Shown: positions 34,763 to 43,736 of the stretch, in pieces | How the letters are laid out: every line of letters begins with the position of its first letter | How positions within the stretch are numbered: the first letter of the stretch is position 1 | Source of the DNA: Candidatus Gottesmanbacteria bacterium GW2011_GWC1_43_10 | GTDB lineage: Bacteria > Patescibacteriota > Microgenomatia > UBA10105 | Direction of reading: 5' to 3' | Assembly (NCBI GenBank): GCA_000995415.1 | Contig: LCEX01000016.1 | Span: forward strand, 1 to 54,736 | Length of the DNA: 54,736 nt | The notes under the pieces: generated by a model | What the model saw: only the letters and a program-made list of their open reading frames with translations | Told to the model about the DNA's origin: nothing | The model's database searches: none | Position numbers and translations under genes: made by a program

Positions 34763-37198
34763 ATGACACAACTGACTGTCGCAAACAAAAATGAACGTTT
34801 ACCCATCATCCCCATCCGGGACGGAGTAGTTTTCCCCGGTACCGAAGTTGTTCTCACTTTTGGTCGCCAGCGTTCCGTTTCCGCTATAGATGCCGCATCC
34901 AATTTCAACCGCCAAGTGGTTCTCGTGATGCAAAAAAATCCCAACGTCAACGATCCGACTCCCAACGATTTATACCGGATTGGGACCAAAGCTACGATTG
35001 AACGGATGTTTAAGCACGACGGCGAAATCAACGCCCTAGTGCGTGGTAGCGAAAGAGTCGAGGTCGTGTCTTTTGACATGCTCGAACCGTATTTCTTGGG
35101 CCGGCTCGTGCCGGTACCGGATGTGGGGGAAACCTCCGATCAGGTCAAGGCACTCATGAACCACATCGTGTCGGAGCTAAGAAAAGCGGTCAATCTGGGT
35201 AAAGCGGTAGATTTCCTGATTTTCATGAACATCATGTCGTCTCCCCCGGCAGGTGATTTGGCCAACCAGGTAGCCAATATCTTAGACATCAAACCTCAGG
35301 ACAAACAAGGGTTACTAGAGATGAACGATATCAAAGCCCGTTTGGAAAGAGTAGATGCTTTGGTGGCCAACGAAGTCAAAGTTTTGGAGTTGGAAAAGAA
35401 AATTTCTTCCAAGACCCAGGAGCGGTTTGACAAAAATGTCCGCGAATCAGTGCTACGCGAGCGCTTAAAGACCATCGAAAAGGAACTGGGTGAAGAGGAA
35501 AACAAAGAGACCAAAGAATTAGCTGATAAAATCGCTGCTGCCAAAATGCCGGCTGACGTAAATGAAAAAGCCAAAAAAGAGCTAGCTCGGCTATCACAAA
35601 TGTCCCAATACAACCCGGAAGCCTCTTATGTCAGGACGTATCTGGATTGGCTGGTGGATCTACCATGGAGTATCAAAAGTGATAACAACGTCGATATAAA
35701 ACAGGCCCAAAAAGTCCTCGATGATGATCACTACGGACTAAAAAAAGTCAAGGAACGGATCGTCGAATATTTGGCTGTGATGAAACTAAAATCCAGGCCC
35801 CAGATTACCAAAACCAGCAAAAAAGAAGCAGCCAACCCCAAAAAAACCGGCGCCAGTCCGACTATTTTATGTTTTGTTGGTCCACCCGGAGTCGGCAAAA
35901 CTTCTTTGGGCAAATCGATTGCCAAAGCCTTGGGCCGCCAATTCGTAAAAATGTCTTTAGGCGGGATTCGGGATGAAGCCGAAATCCGCGGACACCGGCG
36001 GACTTATGTCGGGGCTATGCCAGGTAGGATCATTCAAGGCGTCAAACAAGCCAAGACCAAAAATCCGGTGTTTATGCTTGACGAGATTGACAAAATTGGG
36101 ACTGATTTTCGCGGCGATCCTTCGTCAGCTCTACTTGAAGCTTTGGATCCCGAGCAGAATAATTCCTTCTCGGACCATTATTTGGAAGTGCCGTTTGATT
36201 TGTCAGACGTATTTTTTATCACCACTTGCAACGTCTTGGATACGATTCCGCCGGCGCTTAGGGACAGGTTGGAAATCATCCATTTCCCAGGTTACACCGA
36301 GGATGAAAAATATCACATCGCCAAAGGCTTTTTGGTAAATAAACAGATTGAAAACAGCGGCTTGGATCTAACCAAATTAAAAATCACCGATGAAACTATC
36401 CGCCAGATCATCAGAAATTATACGCGCGAAGCCGGAGTCAGGAGCCTCGAGCGCGAAATTTCAACTATTTTTAGAAAAATTGCCAAAGAAGTAGCCGAGG
36501 GTAAAAAGGAAACAAAGACTGTATCAACAAAAGACTTGCACAAATATTTGGGTCCGGCCAAATTCACGTCTTACTTTGCCGAGAAAAAAGATGAAGTCGG
36601 GATGTCGACAGGACTAGCCTGGACTGAAGCCGGCGGAGATATTTTATTCATCGAAGTCGCACTGATGCCCGGGAGAGGTCAATTGACTTTGACAGGACAT
36701 TTAGGTGAAGTGATGAAAGAGTCTTGTCACGCCGCTTTGTCTTATGTCCGTAGCCGTTGGAAGACTCTGGGACTTCCGGAAAAATTCTACCAAAAAATTG
36801 ATGTCCACGTCCATGTGCCGGAGGGGGCTGTACCCAAAGACGGGCCGAGTGCCGGGGTGGCTATCACCACGGCTTTAGTTTCGGCTCTGACCAAGATTCC
36901 GGTTAGACGATTAGTCGGGATGACCGGAGAAGTTACTCTGCGGGGCAGAGCCCTAGAAATCGGCGGCGTCAAGGAAAAAGTGATTGCGGCACATCGGGCC
37001 GGTTTGAAAAAGATCATCATGCCCAAAAACAACCAAAAAGACCTGGAAGATATCCCCAAATACGTCCTTAAAGACTTGGAATTTGTGTTTGTGGAACACA
37101 TGGATGAGGTACTAAAAGTCGCCTTGACCAAACCTCTGCTTATCACCAAATCCCGGATTGAACCGGCTCTTCAGACTACGCCGCCGCTTCAAGCTTAA
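34763..37198 (+). CDS. lon: ATP-dependent protease La
   Basis: GPPGVGKTS, RGHRRTYVGAMPG, PKDGPSAG, IGGVKEK; start ATG 34763. Confidence 0.97.
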   Translation: MTQLTVANKNERLPIIPIRDGVVFPGTEVVLTFGRQRSVSAIDAASNFNRQVVLVMQKNPNVNDPTPNDLYRIGTKATIERMFKHDGEINALVRGSERVEVVSFDMLEPYFLGRLVPVPDVGETSDQVKALMNHIVSELRKAVNLGKAVDFLIFMNIMSSPPAGDLANQVANILDIKPQDKQGLLEMNDIKARLERVDALVANEVKVLELEKKISSKTQERFDKNVRESVLRERLKTIEKELGEEENKETKELADKIAAAKMPADVNEKAKKELARLSQMSQYNPEASYVRTYLDWLVDLPWSIKSDNNVDIKQAQKVLDDDHYGLKKVKERIVEYLAVMKLKSRPQITKTSKKEAANPKKTGASPTILCFVGPPGVGKTSLGKSIAKALGRQFVKMSLGGIRDEAEIRGHRRTYVGAMPGRIIQGVKQAKTKNPVFMLDEIDKIGTDFRGDPSSALLEALDPEQNNSFSDHYLEVPFDLSDVFFITTCNVLDTIPPALRDRLEIIHFPGYTEDEKYHIAKGFLVNKQIENSGLDLTKLKITDETIRQIIRNYTREAGVRSLEREISTIFRKIAKEVAEGKKETKTVSTKDLHKYLGPAKFTSYFAEKKDEVGMSTGLAWTEAGGDILFIEVALMPGRGQLTLTGHLGEVMKESCHAALSYVRSRWKTLGLPEKFYQKIDVHVHVPEGAVPKDGPSAGVAITTALVSALTKIPVRRLVGMTGEVTLRGRALEIGGVKEKVIAAHRAGLKKIIMPKNNQKDLEDIPKYVLKDLEFVFVEHMDEVLKVALTKPLLITKSRIEPALQTTPPLQA

Positions 37199-37363
37199 GG
37201 TCGCGTACCAAAATCACCTTCACAAACTGCCGCGTCTATTTGGCGAGATTCGTCGTTACCTGACTTGCTCAAGTATACATCGTATACTATCGCTTAATCA
37301 GACGCCTAGAATCTCATCCAAATATCCGGCGTGATTTTATAAACGTTATTTTGGTACGCGACC
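37199..37363. mobile_element. 165-bp MITE with GGTCGCGTACCAAAAT terminal IRs and TAA target duplication
   Basis: taa|ggtcgcgtaccaaaat ... attttggtacgcgacc|taa. Confidence 0.88.
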
Positions 37364-38319
37364 TAATTTGCTTGGTTCATAAATTGATACACCAAAAGGG
37401 ATATTTGGCCAATCGTTGTTTCAGCTTGCTCTTCACCGGAAATATCACTAGTCATGACTCCGATATAGTAAGGATGGCCTATTGTTTCCACAATGCCGAC
37501 GTCATGGACGAAACCCACTTCGGTACCGATTTTATGGTAAACTTTCACATTTTTTGGTAAAAGTGCCGGCAGACGGTTTTCAAAATCACTATTGCTCATC
37601 ATTTCGAGTAACGCTCGGGTGTTTGTTTTGGTAACGATTTGCCCGGAGTAGATTTTTTGAAAAAGTAGCGCCATGTCTTTATTGGAGGTCAGATTCTCTT
37701 CGATATTGGTTTGCGTCAAGCCCAGGTTATTTACCGTCCCCTGGACCTTGGTAGCACCCAGTTTTTGCATCAGGACGAAGGCTGCAGTATTGTCGCTTTT
37801 TTTTATCATCAGTTGTGCCAGACTTTTGAGTGAATACTCGCCTCCGGGTCCCTCGCCCTGGAGTATGCCGGTGCCGTAGTATTGGATGTCATTGGGCTGG
37901 AGAGTGATGATTTCGTTCAAATCAATGGTACCTGCAGCCGCATCTTTATAAAGAGTTGCCAATATCGGTATCTTGTTGACCGAAGCCGCGGTCAAGATCA
38001 CAGATTCGTTTATCCCAAAAGCCTGATTGTTAATCAGATCCAAAACATAAACCGAATAATTGCCTGGTTGTTGGTCAATGATTTTTTTAATTTGAGTTAG
38101 AAGTAACGTCGGGTCTTTGGTTTCTTTTGTGAAAAAAAGTGAAAAAGTACCGCTTTTGCCGGTAGGATCGGGTAGCGGGGAGATGGTTTGGGGTTGAGTT
38201 TGAGCAAAAATTATTTTCACTACAATGGCTATGATCACCGTAAGCACTAAGATAGTAACAAACGAGAATAAGTTGATTTCTTTAGTTCTTTGGTGATAGG
38301 CTCCTTTTTCGATCAGCAT
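37363..38319 (-). CDS. Class A beta-lactamase-like serine hydrolase, membrane-anchored
   Basis: AASVNK (SxxK), SDN, HKIG; N-terminal TM; start uncertain (38319 or 38355). Confidence 0.88.
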   Translation of the reverse strand: MLIEKGAYHQRTKEINLFSFVTILVLTVIIAIVVKIIFAQTQPQTISPLPDPTGKSGTFSLFFTKETKDPTLLLTQIKKIIDQQPGNYSVYVLDLINNQAFGINESVILTAASVNKIPILATLYKDAAAGTIDLNEIITLQPNDIQYYGTGILQGEGPGGEYSLKSLAQLMIKKSDNTAAFVLMQKLGATKVQGTVNNLGLTQTNIEENLTSNKDMALLFQKIYSGQIVTKTNTRALLEMMSNSDFENRLPALLPKNVKVYHKIGTEVGFVHDVGIVETIGHPYYIGVMTSDISGEEQAETTIGQISLLVYQFMNQAN

Positions 38320-38516
38320 GTGGTTTATTCTCGGTAAATCCACCCAACTTGTCAAGGCTTCTCTTCCTCCGCAGCCACTTCACGGCAGCCGAAAAACATG
38401 ATTCTAAAATGAGATTTAGGGCGTCATGACGCCATTTTATCCGTGTTTTGTCAATCACGGGTGTTTACCGGGTGTTTTACTTTGGAGCCTCCTGGAAGCC
38501 TTTTTAGCCGATTTTG

Positions 38517-38591
38517 CACGGCTGGAATCCGGATGAGCCTAATACCCAGTATTTGATACTGCCTCAAAAAGTCATCCGTATTCCAGCCGTG
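38517..38591. repeat. 75-bp stem-loop element
   Basis: cacggctggaatccggatga / tcatccgtattccagccgtg (19 of 20 paired) with inner cagtatttgatactg hairpin. Confidence 0.75.
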
Positions 38592-38619
38592 GAAAATAGC
38601 CCAGAATTGATCCTAGTGG

Positions 38620-38742
38620 CAAGTGAGCCTCCGCGGACTAAAGTCCGCGGCTTCTCGTTTGATACCGGAGGCGAAACCCCGTACCGAAAGCCCAAAATGC
38701 CATTCATCCCCCGACTGAAATAAGAGGGGGTTAGGGGGAGTT
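38620..38742. mobile_element. Possible IS200/IS605-type non-autonomous remnant fused to CCCTC repeat
   Basis: ccgcggactaaagtccgcgg hairpin and ttcatcccccgactgaa; no transposase. Confidence 0.4.
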
Positions 38743-38821
38743 AGCAATTTAGCCATACAATCATGAAGTCATTTGCTACCTCCCTTGTTTTTCTCTGCCT
38801 ACTGATTTAGTCTTAAGGTAT

Positions 38822-39436
38822 ATGGTAGAGTCAAACGATCCTTCCCAGCCTCGGGATAATAAGGGCCACTTCGCGACCAACAAGGCTAAGTCAACGGGTT
38901 CAGCCAATATTCTCTCTCACCTTATTCATACCGGCGAAGGCCATGATGATACGACGTTGATTGACGTCAAAGTCACCAATCCGTTGAAGCGGATTGTGGA
39001 AGCGATTCAGGATCTGAAAAAGCACCAGCCAACTACCTTTAGTTTGAGGTTTACCATTCCACTTATCGCTTTGCCGATATTTTTACTGGTGGCGTTTCAG
39101 CTTGGTAGAGTCCAAACAGCGTGCAATCAGGCAATCACTTCCAAAGTTGGTACCGTCAAAAATGTGACAGTGCAAATTCCCCAAGAAAATGCCAACTGGT
39201 TTTCCTGGATTTGGACATTTTTTCCCTCACTTCCGAAACTGGGTACCAATGAGCCACTCGTATCTGAAGAACGAACCGTGTTGATCAACTCTCAAGGGGA
39301 GACACTCATGGTACTTCATCATCCTGCACTCAATTTGAAACCCTTTGAAAACCAAACAGTGCTCCTTACCGGTAAATTTTCTGCCTGTTCATCCGTCATC
39401 ACCCTCGAGTCGGAGAAAAACATTAGTTTGTTGTAA
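38822..39436 (+). CDS. Hypothetical single-TM protein
   Basis: Clean ORF with central TM; N-terminal QPRDNKGHF. Confidence 0.7.
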   Translation: MVESNDPSQPRDNKGHFATNKAKSTGSANILSHLIHTGEGHDDTTLIDVKVTNPLKRIVEAIQDLKKHQPTTFSLRFTIPLIALPIFLLVAFQLGRVQTACNQAITSKVGTVKNVTVQIPQENANWFSWIWTFFPSLPKLGTNEPLVSEERTVLINSQGETLMVLHHPALNLKPFENQTVLLTGKFSACSSVITLESEKNISLL

Positions 39437-39458
39437 GTTTTATTAACGAAAAATTACT

Positions 39459-40385
39459 ATGAACGAAGGAGAGGCATCATTTCCCAATAATGTTCCGGAT
39501 AATGGTCTTTTTATAGAAGCTCCTCGAGGTTTGGTGGTCGAAGTTCCGGAAGCGGTTAGACACGCGATTTCAGCAAACGCACTTATCCAAATGGATGAAG
39601 TGGCAAAACGAACCAGAGAAAATGCCCAATCTCGTCAGGAATTTGGGGGAATTATTGGTGTAGGTTTTGCATTTGAGCAAGCTATTCCAAAGTTAGAAGC
39701 GGATACTAGCCAGATCGTTGTTGGTCAAGTACCTGACGAAGGATAGCGCAGTAGTATCAACCTATATGCAGCAATAGAAAACATGCAATTGAACAACGCG
39801 TTACCTGTATTTATGGCTCATTCTCATCCTCTTCGATATCGGACTGTGGATGAAGCCCGAGCAAAGGCTAAGTTTTCTCAAGGAGATATGAAAGCTCTTC
39901 GTGGTCGGGGAAGAGATTATACACTTGTCGATACCGATACCACTGGAACCTGGATTTTTTCTGCGAACTTGTATAGGCCTCTCTACGCAGAAGTTTTACC
40001 TACTTTAGGTGGGAAAACCGTAGTACGGATATTGGCCCAAGATCCGAGAAAAAGATATGATGCAAAGCTTACCGAACAGGTGGGAACGACGCAGGCTGGA
40101 ACAGCAGGTCTGGTTTCTACTCTCTCTGACCCCAATCCTCTTGATATTCGGATCGAGGAAGAGCTTGCTAAACCTGAAGAATTACAGGACCAAAAGCTTC
40201 TCAAAGAGCTTCTACGACGAGAAAAAATGAGAGATATGCGGGAGGGTAGGGTGGCAAAAATGATGGGTGTCCACAGTGGAGTTTTTGTGCTCGAAGGAAA
40301 GTTCGATCGACCAAGACTTGAACACTTTATTCAAACTCATCTTCCGCCGCGATTCACCTTCCGAGCAGAACATATGCCAGTTTGA
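39459..40385 (+). pseudogene. JAB/MPN-like metalloprotease gene interrupted by in-frame TAG (39744-39746)
   Basis: Both ORFs are in the same frame; QEFGGII ... HSHP ... FSQGD span the stop. Confidence 0.65.
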
Positions 40386-40400
40386 AAGTCAAACCCCTAA

Positions 40401-40566
40401 GAGCCTGTTTGGATACTTCCCAATACGTCATTCTGAGCGTGTCCGCCCGCGAAGAATCTAGCGAAGCGTCTCAATTAGGTAACGCTGCGGCTAGATCCTT
40501 CTCCCGACTTAGTCGGGCTCAGGATGACAAGTGTTGATAAAATAAGAAAAGTTTTCAAACAGGCTC
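40401..40566. mobile_element. 166-bp MITE with GAGCCTGTTTG ends and internal GTCATTCTGAG..CTCAGGATGAC element
   Basis: taa|gagcctgtttg ... caaacaggctc|caa. Confidence 0.82.
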
Positions 40567-40634
40567 CAATAGCAGGTATTATCTGGAGATGCGGGTTCTC
40601 CGTACGCCGTAATTTTGATGCTTTCTGCAAGAAG

Positions 40635-41000
40635 TTAGGTAGTTATCTCCCAAATAGTGTTGTCAGGGTCTTTGAAGTACGCGACTTTTTGCCCCCAGGG
40701 TGTCGTTTTTGGTCCTTCGAATATTATTATGCCTTTCTTTTGCAGCTTTTTGCAGGTTTTTTCAACATTATCGACTTGATATGCTAAAACGCATCCTCCA
40801 CCGAATGTCATATATTTTTTCGGAAACATGGCTGCCGCTTCGTTCTTCTCAAAAATCGCGAGCAGTGTGTCTCCGAGTTTGAAATCTGCATATTTATTAT
40901 CCTGGGAATTCATGGTTAAACCAAGTACATCACGATAAAAAGTAAGAGATTGCTCAAAATTCTCAACCAATAAACAGACAGCGTACAATTTGTTTATCAT
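40635..41000 (-). CDS. VOC/glyoxalase family protein
   Basis: SLTFYRDVLG, PWGQKVAYFKDPDNTIWEI. Confidence 0.92.
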   Translation of the reverse strand: MINKLYAVCLLVENFEQSLTFYRDVLGLTMNSQDNKYADFKLGDTLLAIFEKNEAAAMFPKKYMTFGGGCVLAYQVDNVEKTCKKLQKKGIIIFEGPKTTPWGQKVAYFKDPDNTIWEITT

Positions 41001-41400
41001 ATTCTTTTAGCAAAATCCTGAAAAAAATTAATAATGTCTGAAAATACCTTTTCTTCTTGAGTCAGAGCAATTTGTGTATATGCTTCAGTGACTCTCATTT
41101 CTTCCACCTTAATAATAGAGCAATAGCGTTTATAGATTTCTTTCCCTGAAAACGAATTTAACCATCCTCCGTTTTTTAATTCATTTTCTATTTCGGTACT
41201 GACTATTTAGGAGACGGGGTGAATTTAGGTTGTTTGAATAGTAATTTTTTTACATTTTTCTAAATTCGTACACGAAACAGAGCTTGATTTGGTACTGGTT
41301 TTTAGAAAAATTCGTACCTTTTTTTGAGAAAATTTCTAACTTGAGTGATAAAATGATAGAAGAAAGCCCTTTATTCCCTTAAAAATGACAAAACCTTATG
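40997..41400 (-). pseudogene. Degraded gene remnant
   Basis: Broken frames such as EIENELKNGGWLNSFSGKEIYKRYC, ending overlapping the VOC start. Confidence 0.3.
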
Positions 41401-41579
41401 CGCTATTTATGAGGAACCTATACGGAGCCCCACGCATAAGGAATTACTTGTCTACTTGTATTATATAGCAAATGTCAAGAAGAAAAGAAATAAGAAATTT
41501 ATCAAGCCAATCACAGCCAAAAGTATTATAGTGAACTTTGTGTTTAATTTTTCATACAGCAATCTGACTATTTAAACTT

Positions 41580-42407
41580 ATGTCACTCGATTTGGGAGAA
41601 ATATTAAACAATTTGAGGGGAAGTCCTGATCGGCCATTTAAACCAGTTGATCCGGCTGGACTACATCCAGTCTTCGATGTAGTTCACCCGCTCTTTAGCG
41701 AAAAACCAATTTCCGCTGCATTTACGATAAAAGTGGGGGAGCAAGAATATATTAGTGCTATCCCACCGCGGGATTTATCGATGCGCGGTCGGATAGAGCA
41801 TGTGGCAGTTCCGCAAGAAAAATATCACCAGATTGCATATATCTTCCCGGAAAAGGCGCACGCTGCCCTTACTGACGAAAGGCAAATCGTCATGCTCGCA
41901 ACGCCCAGTATTCTCACAGTTCAAGGAGCACTTCGGCAAGTTGCGGAAACTATCAAAGACAAAATGAATACTGTTATGGTTTTACCAGGTGATGTTTGTC
42001 CTCTCCATGTACCATTTGCTGGGGGTATGTTTGCAGATTTAGTCACCAACGGGTCAGTTTATTTACCCAAAAGTCAACCGATATCAGAAGAGCTTCTTAC
42101 CACTTCACATCGCGAAATTGCATTGTTTCGGCGACAAGGTGACAAAGTATACTGGTATAGCCGAAATCGAAAAAAGGAAGAATTTGGAGTCATCCCTTAC
42201 GAACCTCGTGGACAGATAAGATTTGACCTTGATGAATTGTATTTTTCCAGTGCTGAACCAAAGTACGAACGCGCACGAGAAGTAGCACTGGATATCGCCC
42301 AACGGGATACGGTCGTTCGTGTACTTACACCAGGATCTGCAGAACGTCAAACCCAAGGTCATACTTCAACACTTCAACAGCAAGCAACCGTTCCATCAAC
42401 CGCATAA
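41580..42407 (+). CDS. Hypothetical protein
   Basis: 275-aa ORF, no recognised motif. Confidence 0.65.
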   Translation: MSLDLGEILNNLRGSPDRPFKPVDPAGLHPVFDVVHPLFSEKPISAAFTIKVGEQEYISAIPPRDLSMRGRIEHVAVPQEKYHQIAYIFPEKAHAALTDERQIVMLATPSILTVQGALRQVAETIKDKMNTVMVLPGDVCPLHVPFAGGMFADLVTNGSVYLPKSQPISEELLTTSHREIALFRRQGDKVYWYSRNRKKEEFGVIPYEPRGQIRFDLDELYFSSAEPKYERAREVALDIAQRDTVVRVLTPGSAERQTQGHTSTLQQQATVPSTA

Positions 42408-42466
42408 GTAAAACCGGAAATTTGATTTAACCTCGGTAGTGGTTTGGAAATCCCTGATAATTATTT

Positions 42467-42916
42467 TTATTGATCAGTCTTCTCAGAATCTCTGTAAATA
42501 TCGACAGCCAGACGGGAATATTTTTTTATTGTTTCAATCTCTTGCGGACTCTTTTCCTCTAAGTAGTCCTTTCCACGCTTTGATCTGTCATAAGACTGGG
42601 TTGCTTGATGAAGAAAATGAAAAGTATGCTGAATTGTTTCAGAGAGAGCTTCTTTTACAGTTCTCCCGGGCCAATCATGGACGTTAGTTTCTCTTTTCCA
42701 ATATGACTTAAACCAATCTGTGACCAACTGACTTTCCAAAAATATCGGAAATTCTTGAAGAACTTGATCTATACTCAAACCTGTACGGTGAGTTTGTAAA
42801 TATCGATTGATTGCATCAGGTTGAAAGTACTGCTCTTTGACAAAAGCCAGAACCTTTTCAACCGGTGAAGCCATGGTTAATGTTTCTTGACTCATATCAA
42901 AATGCAACTGAGACAA
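42467..42916 (-). CDS. Hypothetical protein
   Basis: 149-aa ORF, start uncertain. Confidence 0.55.
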   Translation of the reverse strand: MSQLHFDMSQETLTMASPVEKVLAFVKEQYFQPDAINRYLQTHRTGLSIDQVLQEFPIFLESQLVTDWFKSYWKRETNVHDWPGRTVKEALSETIQHTFHFLHQATQSYDRSKRGKDYLEEKSPQEIETIKKYSRLAVDIYRDSEKTDQ

Positions 42917-42963
42917 CCTCGGGAGTGATTGGGATAGTTCTGACAGCTATTTTATTTACTTTG

Positions 42964-43037
42964 TAGCGCGTGCGGGAGTCGAACCCGCGATTTGTTGGTT
43001 GAGAACCAACCGTCCTAGGCCACTAGACGAACGCGCC
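42964..43037 (-). tRNA. tRNA-Glu (anticodon CTC), CCA not encoded
   Basis: GGCGCGT acceptor, GTCTAGTGGCCTAGGAC D-arm, GTTGG-TTCTCAA-CCAAC anticodon arm, GGGTTCGACTCCC T-arm. Confidence 0.95.
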
Positions 43038-43080
43038 ATTAATAGATTTAGACCTCAATTATAACCTAAATTTGCCCTAC

Positions 43081-43109
43081 TTGACAAGAAAAATCGTACC
43101 TCGTATACT
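43081..43109 (+). promoter_or_regulatory. Sigma70 promoter of greA
   Basis: TTGACA-17-TATACT. Confidence 0.8.
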
Positions 43110-43153
43110 GTCCCAACTGTTGAGTTTTGTGGCTAAATAACCACTCACCAGAG

Positions 43154-43188
43154 GCCCCAGCCAGAGAGAGTTTGCGGGGCTATTTTTT
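43154..43188 (+). terminator. Leader terminator/attenuator upstream of greA
   Basis: gcccc..ggggc stem followed by tatttttt between the promoter and start codon. Confidence 0.55.
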
Positions 43189-43205
43189 GTAAAAAGGATA
43201 TGCAT

Positions 43206-43667
43206 ATGCCAAATCAATTTCTTCTCACAGCCGAAGGTTTGGAAAAAATTAAACAAGAGTTCGACTTGCTCGTAAACGGGAAACGGCCGGAATGCGTCAA
43301 ACGCGTAGCCGCAGCCCGGGAACAAGGCGACTTGTCAGAAAACAGCGAATACGCCGCAGCCCGGGAAGAGCTGTCATTTATCGATGGCCGGATTTTGGAA
43401 CTAGAAGAGATCATTCACAATGCCAAACTGATTTCCCACCAGCACTCCAAATCTGCTGTCGATATGGGTTGTCAGGTGACGCTACATGTTGATAGCCGAA
43501 AAGACGTTTTTACGATCGTCGGTGAATGGGAAGCCGATCCCAAACAGAAAAAGATCTCGCACTCCTCACCTCTGGGTAAGGCACTCATGGGTAAACGTGT
43601 TGGAGATGAAATTGAAGTACAGGCGCCGGCGGGTAAGCTACGATATAAAATACTACATATCGAATAA
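43206..43667 (+). CDS. greA: Transcription elongation factor GreA
   Basis: AREQGDLSENSEY, ISHSSPLGKAL. Confidence 0.96.
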   Translation: MPNQFLLTAEGLEKIKQEFDLLVNGKRPECVKRVAAAREQGDLSENSEYAAAREELSFIDGRILELEEIIHNAKLISHQHSKSAVDMGCQVTLHVDSRKDVFTIVGEWEADPKQKKISHSSPLGKALMGKRVGDEIEVQAPAGKLRYKILHIE

Positions 43668-43684
43668 TTAGAAAAAATCCACCA

Positions 43685-43708
43685 AACCCGCGATCAGGCG
43701 GGTTTTTT
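43685..43708 (+). terminator. Intrinsic terminator after greA
   Basis: aaacccgc-gatcag-gcgggtttttt. Confidence 0.8.
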
Positions 43709-43736
43709 GGTATTACGTTATAATAGTATAAAACCT

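Noticed and set aside
38514-38723. Short ORFs over repeat elements (also 40524-40787 and 52886-53086)
   Set aside because: They coincide with palindromes or MITEs, or lie antisense to real genes
39744-39746. Pyrrolysine or stop-codon reassignment
   Set aside because: TAG and TGA end other intact genes normally and no pyl genes are present; simple nonsense mutation is more likely
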